Shown here: positions 16,926-25,140 of the stretch, piece after piece
How positions within the stretch are numbered: the stretch's first letter is position 1
How the letters are laid out: each line of letters starts with the position of its first letter
Assembly (NCBI GenBank): GCA_003140655.1
Contig: PLKR01000289.1
Coordinates: forward strand, 1-38,760
Direction: 5' to 3'
Source of the DNA: Acidobacteriaceae bacterium
Lineage (GTDB): Bacteria > Acidobacteriota > Terriglobia > Terriglobales > Acidobacteriaceae
Length of the DNA stretch: 38,760 nt
Translations under genes and position numbers: made by a program
Notes under the pieces: model-generated
The model's database searches: none
Seen by the model: the letters and a program-made list of their open reading frames with translations, nothing else
What the model was told of the DNA's origin: nothing

Positions 16926-17987
16926 ATGATCTCGCACGCTACGCTAAAAGAATCCCAACAGCTTCTTTCAAAGAAGACCAAGCTCCGAGAGTTATTTTCC
17001 GAGGACGGTTACCTCTTCCTAAGAGCCGTCCTTGACAAGAACGCCGTTCGGCAAGTCGAAGAGGATGTGATAAGGATCTCAAAGCGTCATGGATTCGTGG
17101 AAAAGACGGCAACATCCGAACCGATATGGTCGAGACGGCCGATCAATGAAACTGACCTATCGCTAGATGGCGCCTTCGCAAAGAGCTTGGGCACAATAAA
17201 GTCCTTAAGAGAGCTCGCTCGAACCGAGGAACTCGTCGGCATCTTGCGGAATGTACTCGGTTGTGACGTTTTCCCTTGGAGAAACAACCAGGATCAAGTC
17301 AGGGTTATCCCTCCCGGCGACTTTATGCGGAACCTAGGGCATGTGAGACTTCCGGGCGCTACTCCTGCGCACCAGGATTTTTATTCGTTCCGAAGCATGG
17401 ATTTCTGCACGGTGTGGATACCTCTAGCCGAAATTGACGACAAAGTTGGCGGATTAGCACTCCGCCAAGGTTCTCATCAAAATGGTTTGCACGAGCATTG
17501 GTGGCGGGGCAACTTGCAACTGGGGGTAGCCGATACGATCAGCGAAGCGAAGGCTTGGCATGATGAAGGCGGAGTTGTGTTGGGCGGAACGGCTAGTTCA
17601 GACCATGCCGTTCATGTATGGCTTCGCTCAGACTACCATCTGGGTGATGTCTTGATATTCCACCCCATGATGTTGCACCGAGGTTTGACGAATACTTCCG
17701 ATCGAGTCCGCTTATCAGTCGATTTCAGATTTCAGAAAAAGGGCACCACTGCTCCTTGGGTTGCGCACTACCGAACGGCGTACGCGGTGAAGTTCCTGGA
17801 ACGATCACAGCAGTACATTAACCATCTAACATCGGACACCCAAATCGCGGGCAAGGCGTGGCAAAGAATTCGCGAGGAGGGGCCACGGAGAGCGGATCTG
17901 CGTACAAGGGCTACCACAATTGTGCAAGAGGTGACGGACGAAATGAAACGGACTTTTGCAGGCTGCGAGAAAGAGGAAGCAACATGA
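16926..17987 (+). CDS. Phytanoyl-CoA dioxygenase (PhyH)-family Fe(II)/2-oxoglutarate-dependent oxygenase
   Basis: HxD facial-triad motif (PAHQDF), a distal His (FHPMMLHRG), and an Arg-containing RLSVDFRF strand. GAGGAG lies upstream. The stop overlaps the next start (ATGA at 17984..17987). Confidence 0.75.
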   Translation: MISHATLKESQQLLSKKTKLRELFSEDGYLFLRAVLDKNAVRQVEEDVIRISKRHGFVEKTATSEPIWSRRPINETDLSLDGAFAKSLGTIKSLRELARTEELVGILRNVLGCDVFPWRNNQDQVRVIPPGDFMRNLGHVRLPGATPAHQDFYSFRSMDFCTVWIPLAEIDDKVGGLALRQGSHQNGLHEHWWRGNLQLGVADTISEAKAWHDEGGVVLGGTASSDHAVHVWLRSDYHLGDVLIFHPMMLHRGLTNTSDRVRLSVDFRFQKKGTTAPWVAHYRTAYAVKFLERSQQYINHLTSDTQIAGKAWQRIREEGPRRADLRTRATTIVQEVTDEMKRTFAGCEKEEAT

Positions 17988-18664
17988 GAGAGCCACTCTC
18001 TCCTAAATTGTTGGAAGATCTGAACAGCATCGATACTCCGACGATCTCAAACGCAATCGAGAAGCTGAACGTCAGGGATCTTACCACCGGCTTTGCCGGG
18101 TGCCGGATCCGCTGCATGTTTCCCGACCTGGGTATTAAGGTCGGGTATGCGATTACGGCGCAGCTGGACGGCACGAGCCCGGGGCCACCGGCGGTCGGGG
18201 CCGGATTTCGCGAGGTGGCGGACGCTGTTGAGATTTCTCCGAAGCCCGTCATCCTTGTGTGGCAGGACGTCGGTCCTAATCCGGGCGGAGCTGCCGTATT
18301 CGGGGAGTTTGCGGCCACCTTGATGAAACGACTCGGTGCCGTAGCGATGGTGACTAACGGCGCAGTCCGAGACATTCACGAAATTCGAGATCTAGCTTTT
18401 CAGCTCTTCGCTGCGGGGGCCTCACCATCGCACGGTAACCCGCGGTTTGTCCGTGTCGGTGTGCCGGTTGTAGTCGACGGACTGCCTATTGAACCAGGGG
18501 ACTTGATCCACTGTGACGCGAACGGTGTTTTGCTGGTACCACCCGACATCGCTCACCTCTTGCCCGATCAAGTGGAAAAAGTCAGAAGCGTGGAACGGGC
18601 GGCTTTCGACCTCATCAGGGGGCCGGATTTCTCGATCGAAGCGGCCTTTAAACGCATGGGGTAA
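17984..18664 (+). CDS. RraA-family protein (aldolase / decarboxylase-like), divergent paralogue
   Basis: 226 aa from ATG 17984 (MREPLSPK...). Family core: TPTISNAIE...AVFGEFAATLMKRLGAVAMVTNGAVRDIHEIRD..FQLFA. The ORF-track start 17858 lies inside the PhyH gene. Confidence 0.8.
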   Translation: MREPLSPKLLEDLNSIDTPTISNAIEKLNVRDLTTGFAGCRIRCMFPDLGIKVGYAITAQLDGTSPGPPAVGAGFREVADAVEISPKPVILVWQDVGPNPGGAAVFGEFAATLMKRLGAVAMVTNGAVRDIHEIRDLAFQLFAAGASPSHGNPRFVRVGVPVVVDGLPIEPGDLIHCDANGVLLVPPDIAHLLPDQVEKVRSVERAAFDLIRGPDFSIEAAFKRMG

Positions 18665-18696
18665 CGAGAATCAGAACCGTTTCCGGAGGACGTCAC

Positions 18697-19740
18697 TTGA
18701 TTACAAAGTCGTTCGAAGAACTGTACAACACGGTGGAAAAGATTGTTATTGCCGCTGGAACTCCTCAGGAGAATGCAAGAATAGTTGCGCACTTGTTGGC
18801 AGGTTCTCATCTAGCCGGGCACGACTCGCATGGCATTCAGCACTTGCCGCGCTACATAAAGGAAGTGCGGGCAGGCGAGATTGTGGTGAACGCATGTCCG
18901 CAGCTTTTGTCGGAAACAGACTCGACCGCTCTGGTTCGGGGCAACTGGGCTTGGGGGCACGTAACCGCGGATCTTATTACTAAAATCGGAGTTCGGAAGG
19001 CTCGAAAAACCAAAATCGCCCTGGTAAGCGGCGTCGAGGTGAATCACATTGGACGCTTGGGACACTATTCCGAACAGGCCGCGAAGGAAGGAATCATAAC
19101 GATCCTTGCGTCTGGCGGGAACGCGGAAGAAGTGGCGACCGCGGCTCCATTTGGAGGCTCAAGGAGCGTTCTCTCTCCAAACCCGATCAGTATGGGATTC
19201 CCGACATCCGGCGACGACCCGGTCATCGTGGATTTTGCTTCTACCCAAGTTGCCGGCGGTAAAATCGCGGCCGCAAAGGCCAAGGGGGAGAAGTTGCCGC
19301 TTGGTTGGATCATTGACAAGCACGGCAACCCGTCGACAAGCCCCGATGATTACTATGCTGGAGGCGCGTTGGTGCCCTTCGGAGCCCATAAGGGATTTGG
19401 CATTATGGTCGCGATGGAAATCATGGGACGAGTCCTTTCTGGGGCGGACGCCTTTTCCAAAACCACTTGCGGGGGCGTCCATTTTCGCCACTGTGGAGTT
19501 AGCCTCATCGCGATCGATGCTGGTTTATTTTCATCTCGTGACGCGTTTGTCGAGCGCACGACGGAGTTGGCTAGCAGAATTCGTGCCGTGCCGCCGGCAC
19601 CGGGCGTGGCTGAAGTCATGTCTCCCGGAGACTTCGAACATCGAATGAGAATCCGCCGGGATCGCGACGGGATTCAAATCCCAGAATCAACCTGGAGTGA
19701 GATTGTGCAGACTGCTGACTCGCTTGGAGTGCGCCTTTGA
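18697..19740 (+). CDS. Ldh_2-family (malate / L-lactate / sulfolactate / ureidoglycolate-type) NAD(P)H-dependent oxidoreductase
   Basis: TTG start 7 nt after GGAGGA. Family motifs: GHDSHGIQHLPRYI, VNHIGRLGHY, SPNPIS.GFP, FA.S.VA.GKI and FG.HKGFG. Confidence 0.8.
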   Translation: MITKSFEELYNTVEKIVIAAGTPQENARIVAHLLAGSHLAGHDSHGIQHLPRYIKEVRAGEIVVNACPQLLSETDSTALVRGNWAWGHVTADLITKIGVRKARKTKIALVSGVEVNHIGRLGHYSEQAAKEGIITILASGGNAEEVATAAPFGGSRSVLSPNPISMGFPTSGDDPVIVDFASTQVAGGKIAAAKAKGEKLPLGWIIDKHGNPSTSPDDYYAGGALVPFGAHKGFGIMVAMEIMGRVLSGADAFSKTTCGGVHFRHCGVSLIAIDAGLFSSRDAFVERTTELASRIRAVPPAPGVAEVMSPGDFEHRMRIRRDRDGIQIPESTWSEIVQTADSLGVRL

Positions 19741-19922
19741 TCTCCAGGGTCTCAGGCGATTACGAGCTTGATCCACCAACGGCCTCGGATGCATTTGAGG
19801 AACATTTGGTCGAATCTGGCGTTCAGGAACTCTGGAAAGGTAATAGAAGCGCGTAACCGAATCGGCTGAGGGCTTGTTGGTTCGGAGCTGTCAGGAGTTT
19901 AACTCGAAGGATGGAGGCGGGC

Positions 19923-20876
19923 ATGAACTTATGGAGCGGTTTGCGACTGAGTCGGTTAATGCGAATTGTATTTGTAACTCTGCTGAGCTTCGCTTCGCTG
20001 CATTTCAGCGGTGCGTCGCTGCTGTGTGCCCAAGTCGTTGCACGCGAGCCTTTGGCTGCGCGCATCGGGCATACCGATCCATCCAAATACGATCCGTCAG
20101 AAAAAGCTCACGGCGGAGTCGGCACTTTAATGCTAAAGGCGATAATTGACGGTTATTCGGCCGGGAGTAATCCGATGAACACGCCTTTAATTTTCCTTGT
20201 TCGAGGTGTGCTTCCGCCTAAGACTGGTATCGGGCATCACTTCCACAATCAAATGGAGGAGATGTTTGTAATCTTCGATAATGAAGCCGAGTTCACGATC
20301 GATGGACGCACTTCACTTTTGCACGGACCGGCCGGCGCGCCATGCCGAATGGGCCACTCCCATGCACTCTACAATTCTACCGACAAACCGACAGAGTTCA
20401 TGGACATAGCGGTGAGCAGTGTGAAAGGCAAGTACGACAATTTTGATCTTGGAGACGACCGTGTCGGGGTGCCGCTCGATCCTAAACCAGTCTTCATGAC
20501 ATTGCATCTGGAAAGAGCATTCCTGAAGCCTGTCGTTCAGAGCTATGGTGGCCGCGGGACAGTACTTTACGGACGCATGTTGCCGCCCGAGGTCTTTCTC
20601 ACTAACTGGTCCTATGTGGATCACCTGGTGCTTCCGGAAGGCACATCCGTGGGTAAGACCCGCCATGAAGGCGTGGAGGAGATTTATTACGTGATCGAGG
20701 GTAGCGGCATCGCGCATGTTGGTAAGGAGGCGGCGGCAGTCAAAAAGGGTGATGCCGTCCCCGTACTCCTCAATGAGGTTCATTGGTTTGAAAATGACGC
20801 CCATTCAGACCTGGACCTCATGGTAATTGGCATTGCACGCGTGAAGATGGCGTTGGACACGGAACAAGAGCCGTAG
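19923..20876 (+). CDS. Secreted bicupin protein
   Basis: ATG 19923 lies 4 nt after GGAGG. Signal-like segment: LMRIVFVTLLSFASLHFSGASLLCAQ. The first cupin motif is GIGHHFHNQMEEMFVIFDNEAEFTIDG, and the second cupin is GKTRHEGVEEIYYVIEGSGIAHVG. The substrate is unknown. Confidence 0.7.
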   Translation: MNLWSGLRLSRLMRIVFVTLLSFASLHFSGASLLCAQVVAREPLAARIGHTDPSKYDPSEKAHGGVGTLMLKAIIDGYSAGSNPMNTPLIFLVRGVLPPKTGIGHHFHNQMEEMFVIFDNEAEFTIDGRTSLLHGPAGAPCRMGHSHALYNSTDKPTEFMDIAVSSVKGKYDNFDLGDDRVGVPLDPKPVFMTLHLERAFLKPVVQSYGGRGTVLYGRMLPPEVFLTNWSYVDHLVLPEGTSVGKTRHEGVEEIYYVIEGSGIAHVGKEAAAVKKGDAVPVLLNEVHWFENDAHSDLDLMVIGIARVKMALDTEQEP

Positions 20877-20880
20877 CTTC

Positions 20881-20921
20881 ACCGGTAGGGTTTGGAAACC
20901 GTCCTTAGGTTGTTTTTTTTT
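20881..20921 (+). terminator. Candidate rho-independent terminator after the bicupin gene
   Basis: An imperfect stem (ACC-GG-TAGGG ... CCTTAGGT, about 8 bp with a bulge) is followed by TG and a run of nine T (20913..20921). It starts 5 nt after the stop codon. Confidence 0.45.
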
Positions 20922-20989
20922 CGTCGCCGACCGGCGGCAAATAGGGAGCGATATGGACGAGTCAACAGAGCAATCCTTACTCCTGCTCC

Positions 20990-21946
20990 ATGGGTAAGCT
21001 TGTTCCATCACTCGATTGGTTCCGGCGAATGTGTCTTATCCGAGCATTCGAGAGGGAGATTCACGTTTTAAACAAGGACGGTCTAGTTAGCGGTACGGCG
21101 CACCTTTACATCGGCATGGAGGCAATTGCAGTGGGCGCATGCGCTGCGATGGCCGACGGCGACTTCCTCACGAGTACACACCGCGGGCACGGACATTGCA
21201 TTGCTCGACATCTTGATCCGGCGCGTATGATGGCCGAGATTTTGGGCAGGTCGGATGGGTACTGTCGAGGAAAGGGCGGCAGCATGCATATCACCGATCG
21301 ATCAAAGGGCGTGCTGGGAGCAGACGGAATTGTCGGTGGTGGAATTCCGATAGCTGTTGGGGCGGCCTATGGCCTTCGATTGATGAACAAGTCGTCCGTG
21401 GTTTTCTGTTTCTTCGGCGAAGGCGCGAGCAATCAAGGCTCTTTCCACGAGGCGCTTAATCTTGCCGCCATTCAGCGACTCTCGGTGGTTTTCATCTGCG
21501 AAAACAACCAATGGGCATTGAGTGCCCCCTTCGTAGCGACAACTGCCGGTGGCAGCGTCGCGAAGCGTGCTGCCGCCTACGGGATCGTTGGCGAGGAAGT
21601 TGATGGGAATGACATAGACGCCGTTTTCGCAGCTGCTACTCGCGCCGCCGGCCGTGCGCGGGAAGGGTTGGGTCCCGCACTTATCGAGTGTCAGAGTTAT
21701 CGCTGGGAGGGACATTCAATCTTTACGCGACAGGAGATCAGGCAGCAGGAAGAAATCGACGACTGGAAACGGCGCGACCCGATCGAGAGATGCCGGCGCA
21801 AATTGATAGAGACGCAGATGGCCAGTGCAGAGGACCTCGCGCTGATCGAGACGGAGGTCGGGGCAGAAATCGCCAGAGCCGCCGAGTTTGCGAAGAGCAG
21901 CCCTAACCCAGACGAATCTAGCGCGCTTGAGGATATCTACGCGTGA
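20990..21946 (+). CDS. Thiamine-diphosphate-dependent 2-oxoacid / acetoin dehydrogenase E1 component, alpha subunit
   Basis: 318 aa. Motifs: RRMCLIRAFE, YIGMEA, HRGHGH, GKGGSMH, GIVGGGIP.A.G and the TPP motif GEGA.NQG...E.LN.A........FICENNQ. Confidence 0.85.
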   Translation: MGKLVPSLDWFRRMCLIRAFEREIHVLNKDGLVSGTAHLYIGMEAIAVGACAAMADGDFLTSTHRGHGHCIARHLDPARMMAEILGRSDGYCRGKGGSMHITDRSKGVLGADGIVGGGIPIAVGAAYGLRLMNKSSVVFCFFGEGASNQGSFHEALNLAAIQRLSVVFICENNQWALSAPFVATTAGGSVAKRAAAYGIVGEEVDGNDIDAVFAAATRAAGRAREGLGPALIECQSYRWEGHSIFTRQEIRQQEEIDDWKRRDPIERCRRKLIETQMASAEDLALIETEVGAEIARAAEFAKSSPNPDESSALEDIYA

Positions 21947-22923
21947 TGAGACAAATCTCTTTCGCTGTGGCGCTAAACGAAGCACTTAAAGAGGAGATGC
22001 GGCGCGACCCCGTTGTCTTTGTGGCAGGAGAAGATATTGGCAAGATGGGAGGTCTCTTTAAGGTTACACAGGGTCTGCTCGAGGAGTTTGGTGCAGGCCG
22101 TGTACTGGACACGCCCATCTCTGAGGCAGCGATTGCAGGCCTCGGAGTCGGGGGGGCGCTAGTTGGTACGAGACCGGTAATTGAATTCCAATTTCTTGAT
22201 TTTATTACCATCGCGATGGACCAGATTATCAACCACGCAGCTAAGTTGCGCTACATGACAGGTGGCATGGTGTCGGTCCCATTGGTTATACGAGCTCCAG
22301 TGTGCGGTGGGATCGGTTTGGGGGCACAACACTCGCAATCATTAGAGGCGTGGTTTGTTCACGTTCCAGGAATCAAGGTTGTCATGCCGGCAACGCCAAG
22401 AGATGCAAAAGGGCTTCTAAAGAGTGCCATTCGCGACGATAACCCTGTCTTGTTTCTGGAGCACCGTAGACTTTACGCCGCAACTGGTGAAGTGCCTAGC
22501 GGGGACCATATGGTGCCTTTAGGCACAGCTGAGGTCAAACGTGAAGGAAGCGATGTCACCGTGGTAGCCACTGGCCGGACCGTCTCTTTGGCCCTCGCGG
22601 CTGCGGATCGACTGAGCGAGCAAGCCATTAAGATTGAGGTTATTGACCTTCGCACGCTTAAGCCGTTTGATATGCAGACCATTTCGAACTCTGTAGGGAA
22701 GACCAATCGAGTTGTTGTGGTCAACGACGGCTGGCGCACTTGCGGCTACGCAGCCGAGATTGTAGCCAGCATCCAAAGTGAATGTTTTTACGATCTCGAT
22801 TTTCCGGTCCAGCGAGTGTGCAACAAGGACGCACCCATGCCAGCTGCCGCTGCCCTCGAGCGTTCGCTAATGGTGTCGGAGGAGCAGATTGTGGCCGCTT
22901 GCAGTGCAGCAATGTCTTCTTAA
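21943..22923 (+). CDS. 2-oxoacid / acetoin dehydrogenase E1 component, beta subunit
   Basis: 326 aa. Motifs: AVALNEALKEEMRRDPVVFVAGEDIG..GG.F.VT.GL...FG..RV.DTPISE and the transketolase-like C-domain. GTG 21943 or ATG 21946 overlaps the E1-alpha stop. Confidence 0.85.
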   Translation: MMRQISFAVALNEALKEEMRRDPVVFVAGEDIGKMGGLFKVTQGLLEEFGAGRVLDTPISEAAIAGLGVGGALVGTRPVIEFQFLDFITIAMDQIINHAAKLRYMTGGMVSVPLVIRAPVCGGIGLGAQHSQSLEAWFVHVPGIKVVMPATPRDAKGLLKSAIRDDNPVLFLEHRRLYAATGEVPSGDHMVPLGTAEVKREGSDVTVVATGRTVSLALAAADRLSEQAIKIEVIDLRTLKPFDMQTISNSVGKTNRVVVVNDGWRTCGYAAEIVASIQSECFYDLDFPVQRVCNKDAPMPAAAALERSLMVSEEQIVAACSAAMSS

Positions 22924-22954
22924 GAAAATCGCACAATACTCTGGAGCAAACACG

Positions 22955-23989
22955 ATGAGAGCTGTAGTCAAGGAACGCAGGGGGCCTGGCCATTTAGTAT
23001 TGAAGGAGTGGCCAGAACCATCTCCTGATCATACCGAGGTGAAGATAGCCGTAGCGGCGGCGGGTATTTGTGGAACTGACATTCACATTCTTGATGGTGA
23101 CTGGCCCTGCAATCCACCTGTCGTGCTAGGGCATGAGTTCTGCGGCACCGTGGTCGAGGTAGGGGACTCAGTATCCAACTTCCACCCGGGAGACAGAGTT
23201 GTTGCTTCAAATCCTGCTAAGACTTGCGGAGCGTGCTACCACTGTCATGCGGGTAATCCCTTCATGTGCGACAAGCGAGTGTCAGCTGGGTACATGATCG
23301 ATGGCGCCTTCGGCGAATACATATGCATCACCGAACATCGTTGTCATCAACTTCCCAGTGAGGTTTCGTTCCGACAGGCTGCGCTCGGGGAGCCTTTAAG
23401 TGCGGCTGTTCATGGTCTGATTGAGCGGACCACCGTCCGCTCGGGCGACTTGGTTCTTATCTCGGGACCTGGTTGTGTAGGCATTCTTGCAATGGTCATC
23501 GCTAAGTTGCAGGGAGCGAGGACCATAGTGCTGGGAATCACCAAAGACGCTCGGCGTTTGTCTCTGGCAAAAGAACTTGGTGCTGATGTGGTCGTTGATG
23601 TTGCCAAGGAAAATGTGGCAGATGTCGTTCACGACTTTAGCTCGGGCGATGGGGCTGACCTGGTGTGCGAGTGCGCGGGCGTTCCGGCTTCGCTCGAAAC
23701 ATGTCTGCAAGTGGTAAGAAAGGAAGGAACGCTGCTGCAACTTGGAATCTATTCACGGCCATTTGAAGCCGATTTCAACAAAATCGTTATGAAAGAACTG
23801 AAGATGGTGGGCTCGTTCGGCTATGTTTGGACCTCTTGGCGTCGCAGCATTCGACTGTTACGGGACGGCAAAGTAAAAGCCGATCGAATGATCTCTCACG
23901 AACTCCCTCTAAGAGATTTTGCTGAAGCATTCCGGCTGACTCGGGATGGCACCGCAACCAAGGTGGTGTTCAACCCCCAAGTAGATTAA
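22955..23989 (+). CDS. Zinc-dependent medium-chain alcohol / polyol dehydrogenase (sorbitol / threonine / butanediol-DH-like)
   Basis: Catalytic Zn motifs GICGTDIH and GHEFCGTVVEVG. Structural Zn motif CGACYHCHAGNPFMC. NAD fold motif GPGCVGILA. I chose ATG 22955 (MRAVVKE...) over the ORF-track start 22889, which lies inside the E1-beta gene. Confidence 0.85.
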   Translation: MRAVVKERRGPGHLVLKEWPEPSPDHTEVKIAVAAAGICGTDIHILDGDWPCNPPVVLGHEFCGTVVEVGDSVSNFHPGDRVVASNPAKTCGACYHCHAGNPFMCDKRVSAGYMIDGAFGEYICITEHRCHQLPSEVSFRQAALGEPLSAAVHGLIERTTVRSGDLVLISGPGCVGILAMVIAKLQGARTIVLGITKDARRLSLAKELGADVVVDVAKENVADVVHDFSSGDGADLVCECAGVPASLETCLQVVRKEGTLLQLGIYSRPFEADFNKIVMKELKMVGSFGYVWTSWRRSIRLLRDGKVKADRMISHELPLRDFAEAFRLTRDGTATKVVFNPQVD

Positions 23990-24117
23990 TGATCAATAGG
24001 TATGAGGATCCATCAGCCCTGAGATCGGCTGATGAGCAGTGGATGCAACTGAACTCCCAGGGCTGTTTCCTCTCGGTCCGAGGACCCCGGAATGCGAGAG
24101 ACGGGCAAGGTCGATAA

Positions 24118-25140
24118 ATGGAAATCGACATCGAGGACTTTGACGCTCTACGACTGTACCTGGTCGATCGCACGAATCGAGGCAAGCCTGTCTCATTTGA
24201 GAAACTCCAAGGAGGTGTCTCGAACCGGACGGTGCTGGTTACATGGGAGGATGGGAGCGGCTGGGTCTTGAAGCAAGCGTTGTCGAAATTGCGAGTGAAC
24301 GTTGACTGGTTCAGCAGTCCGGAGAGGATCCGAGTGGAAGCAAGGGCCTTGCGCTGGCTGAACCGTCTAGCCCCGCCGGGCACGACGCCATGCTTCATTC
24401 TTGAAGACGCTGCGAATCATCTGATCGCTATGGAGGCGATTCCGGCGGAACATGAGAATTGGAAATCCGTGTTGCTCTCCGGACGGGTCGTTTCGGACCA
24501 GTTCGAACAGTTCGGCTCACTGCTTGGTATCATCCACCGTCGGTCGGCCGAGTCCGCGCGTGAACTGTCCCGGACCTTCGCAGAGAGTGCTCACTTTGAA
24601 AGCCTGCGGCTCGAGCCGTATTACCTTTATACCGCCCAGGAGGTCGCTCCTGCCGCCAATTTTCTCATCCGATTGGCGCAAGAAACCCTCGACCAAAAGC
24701 TCAGCATAGTCCATGGAGATTTCAGTCCCAAGAACACGCTTGTTTACCGGGGCAGACTGATTTTGCTCGACTACGAAGTGGTTCACTTTGGAGACCCCGC
24801 TTTCGACGTTGGTTTTGCTTTGACCCACTTTCTCAGCAAGGGACATCACTTGCAGCAGCAACGTCTCGCCCTCCTCAAAGCTGCAGGACTGTTTTGGCGA
24901 GTCTATTTCAAAGAAATTTCACCGCTCGGGTGGGATGCGATCGAGTCACGATCGGTCCGTCATACGCTGGGATGCCTGCTGGCGCGGGTGGCGGGAAAAT
25001 CGCCTCTGGAATATCTAACACCGCAAGAAGTGAAACGGCAGCGGGATGTGGTGTTGAAAATGATCGTGGCACCTCCGACCACTGTTGCCGACCTAATCCA
25101 TGACTTCGTTCAACAAGTCGAGAACCATGCCCAAAATTGA
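24118..25140 (+). CDS. APH-fold small-molecule kinase, methylthioribose-kinase (MtnK)-like
   Basis: 340 aa. The N-lobe GGVSNRTVLV...WVLKQALSKLRV..DWFSSPERIRVEARAL resembles the MtnK family. Catalytic loop HGDFSPKN and metal loop LLDYEVVHFGDPAFDVGF are present. Confidence 0.7.
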   Translation: MEIDIEDFDALRLYLVDRTNRGKPVSFEKLQGGVSNRTVLVTWEDGSGWVLKQALSKLRVNVDWFSSPERIRVEARALRWLNRLAPPGTTPCFILEDAANHLIAMEAIPAEHENWKSVLLSGRVVSDQFEQFGSLLGIIHRRSAESARELSRTFAESAHFESLRLEPYYLYTAQEVAPAANFLIRLAQETLDQKLSIVHGDFSPKNTLVYRGRLILLDYEVVHFGDPAFDVGFALTHFLSKGHHLQQQRLALLKAAGLFWRVYFKEISPLGWDAIESRSVRHTLGCLLARVAGKSPLEYLTPQEVKRQRDVVLKMIVAPPTTVADLIHDFVQQVENHAQN

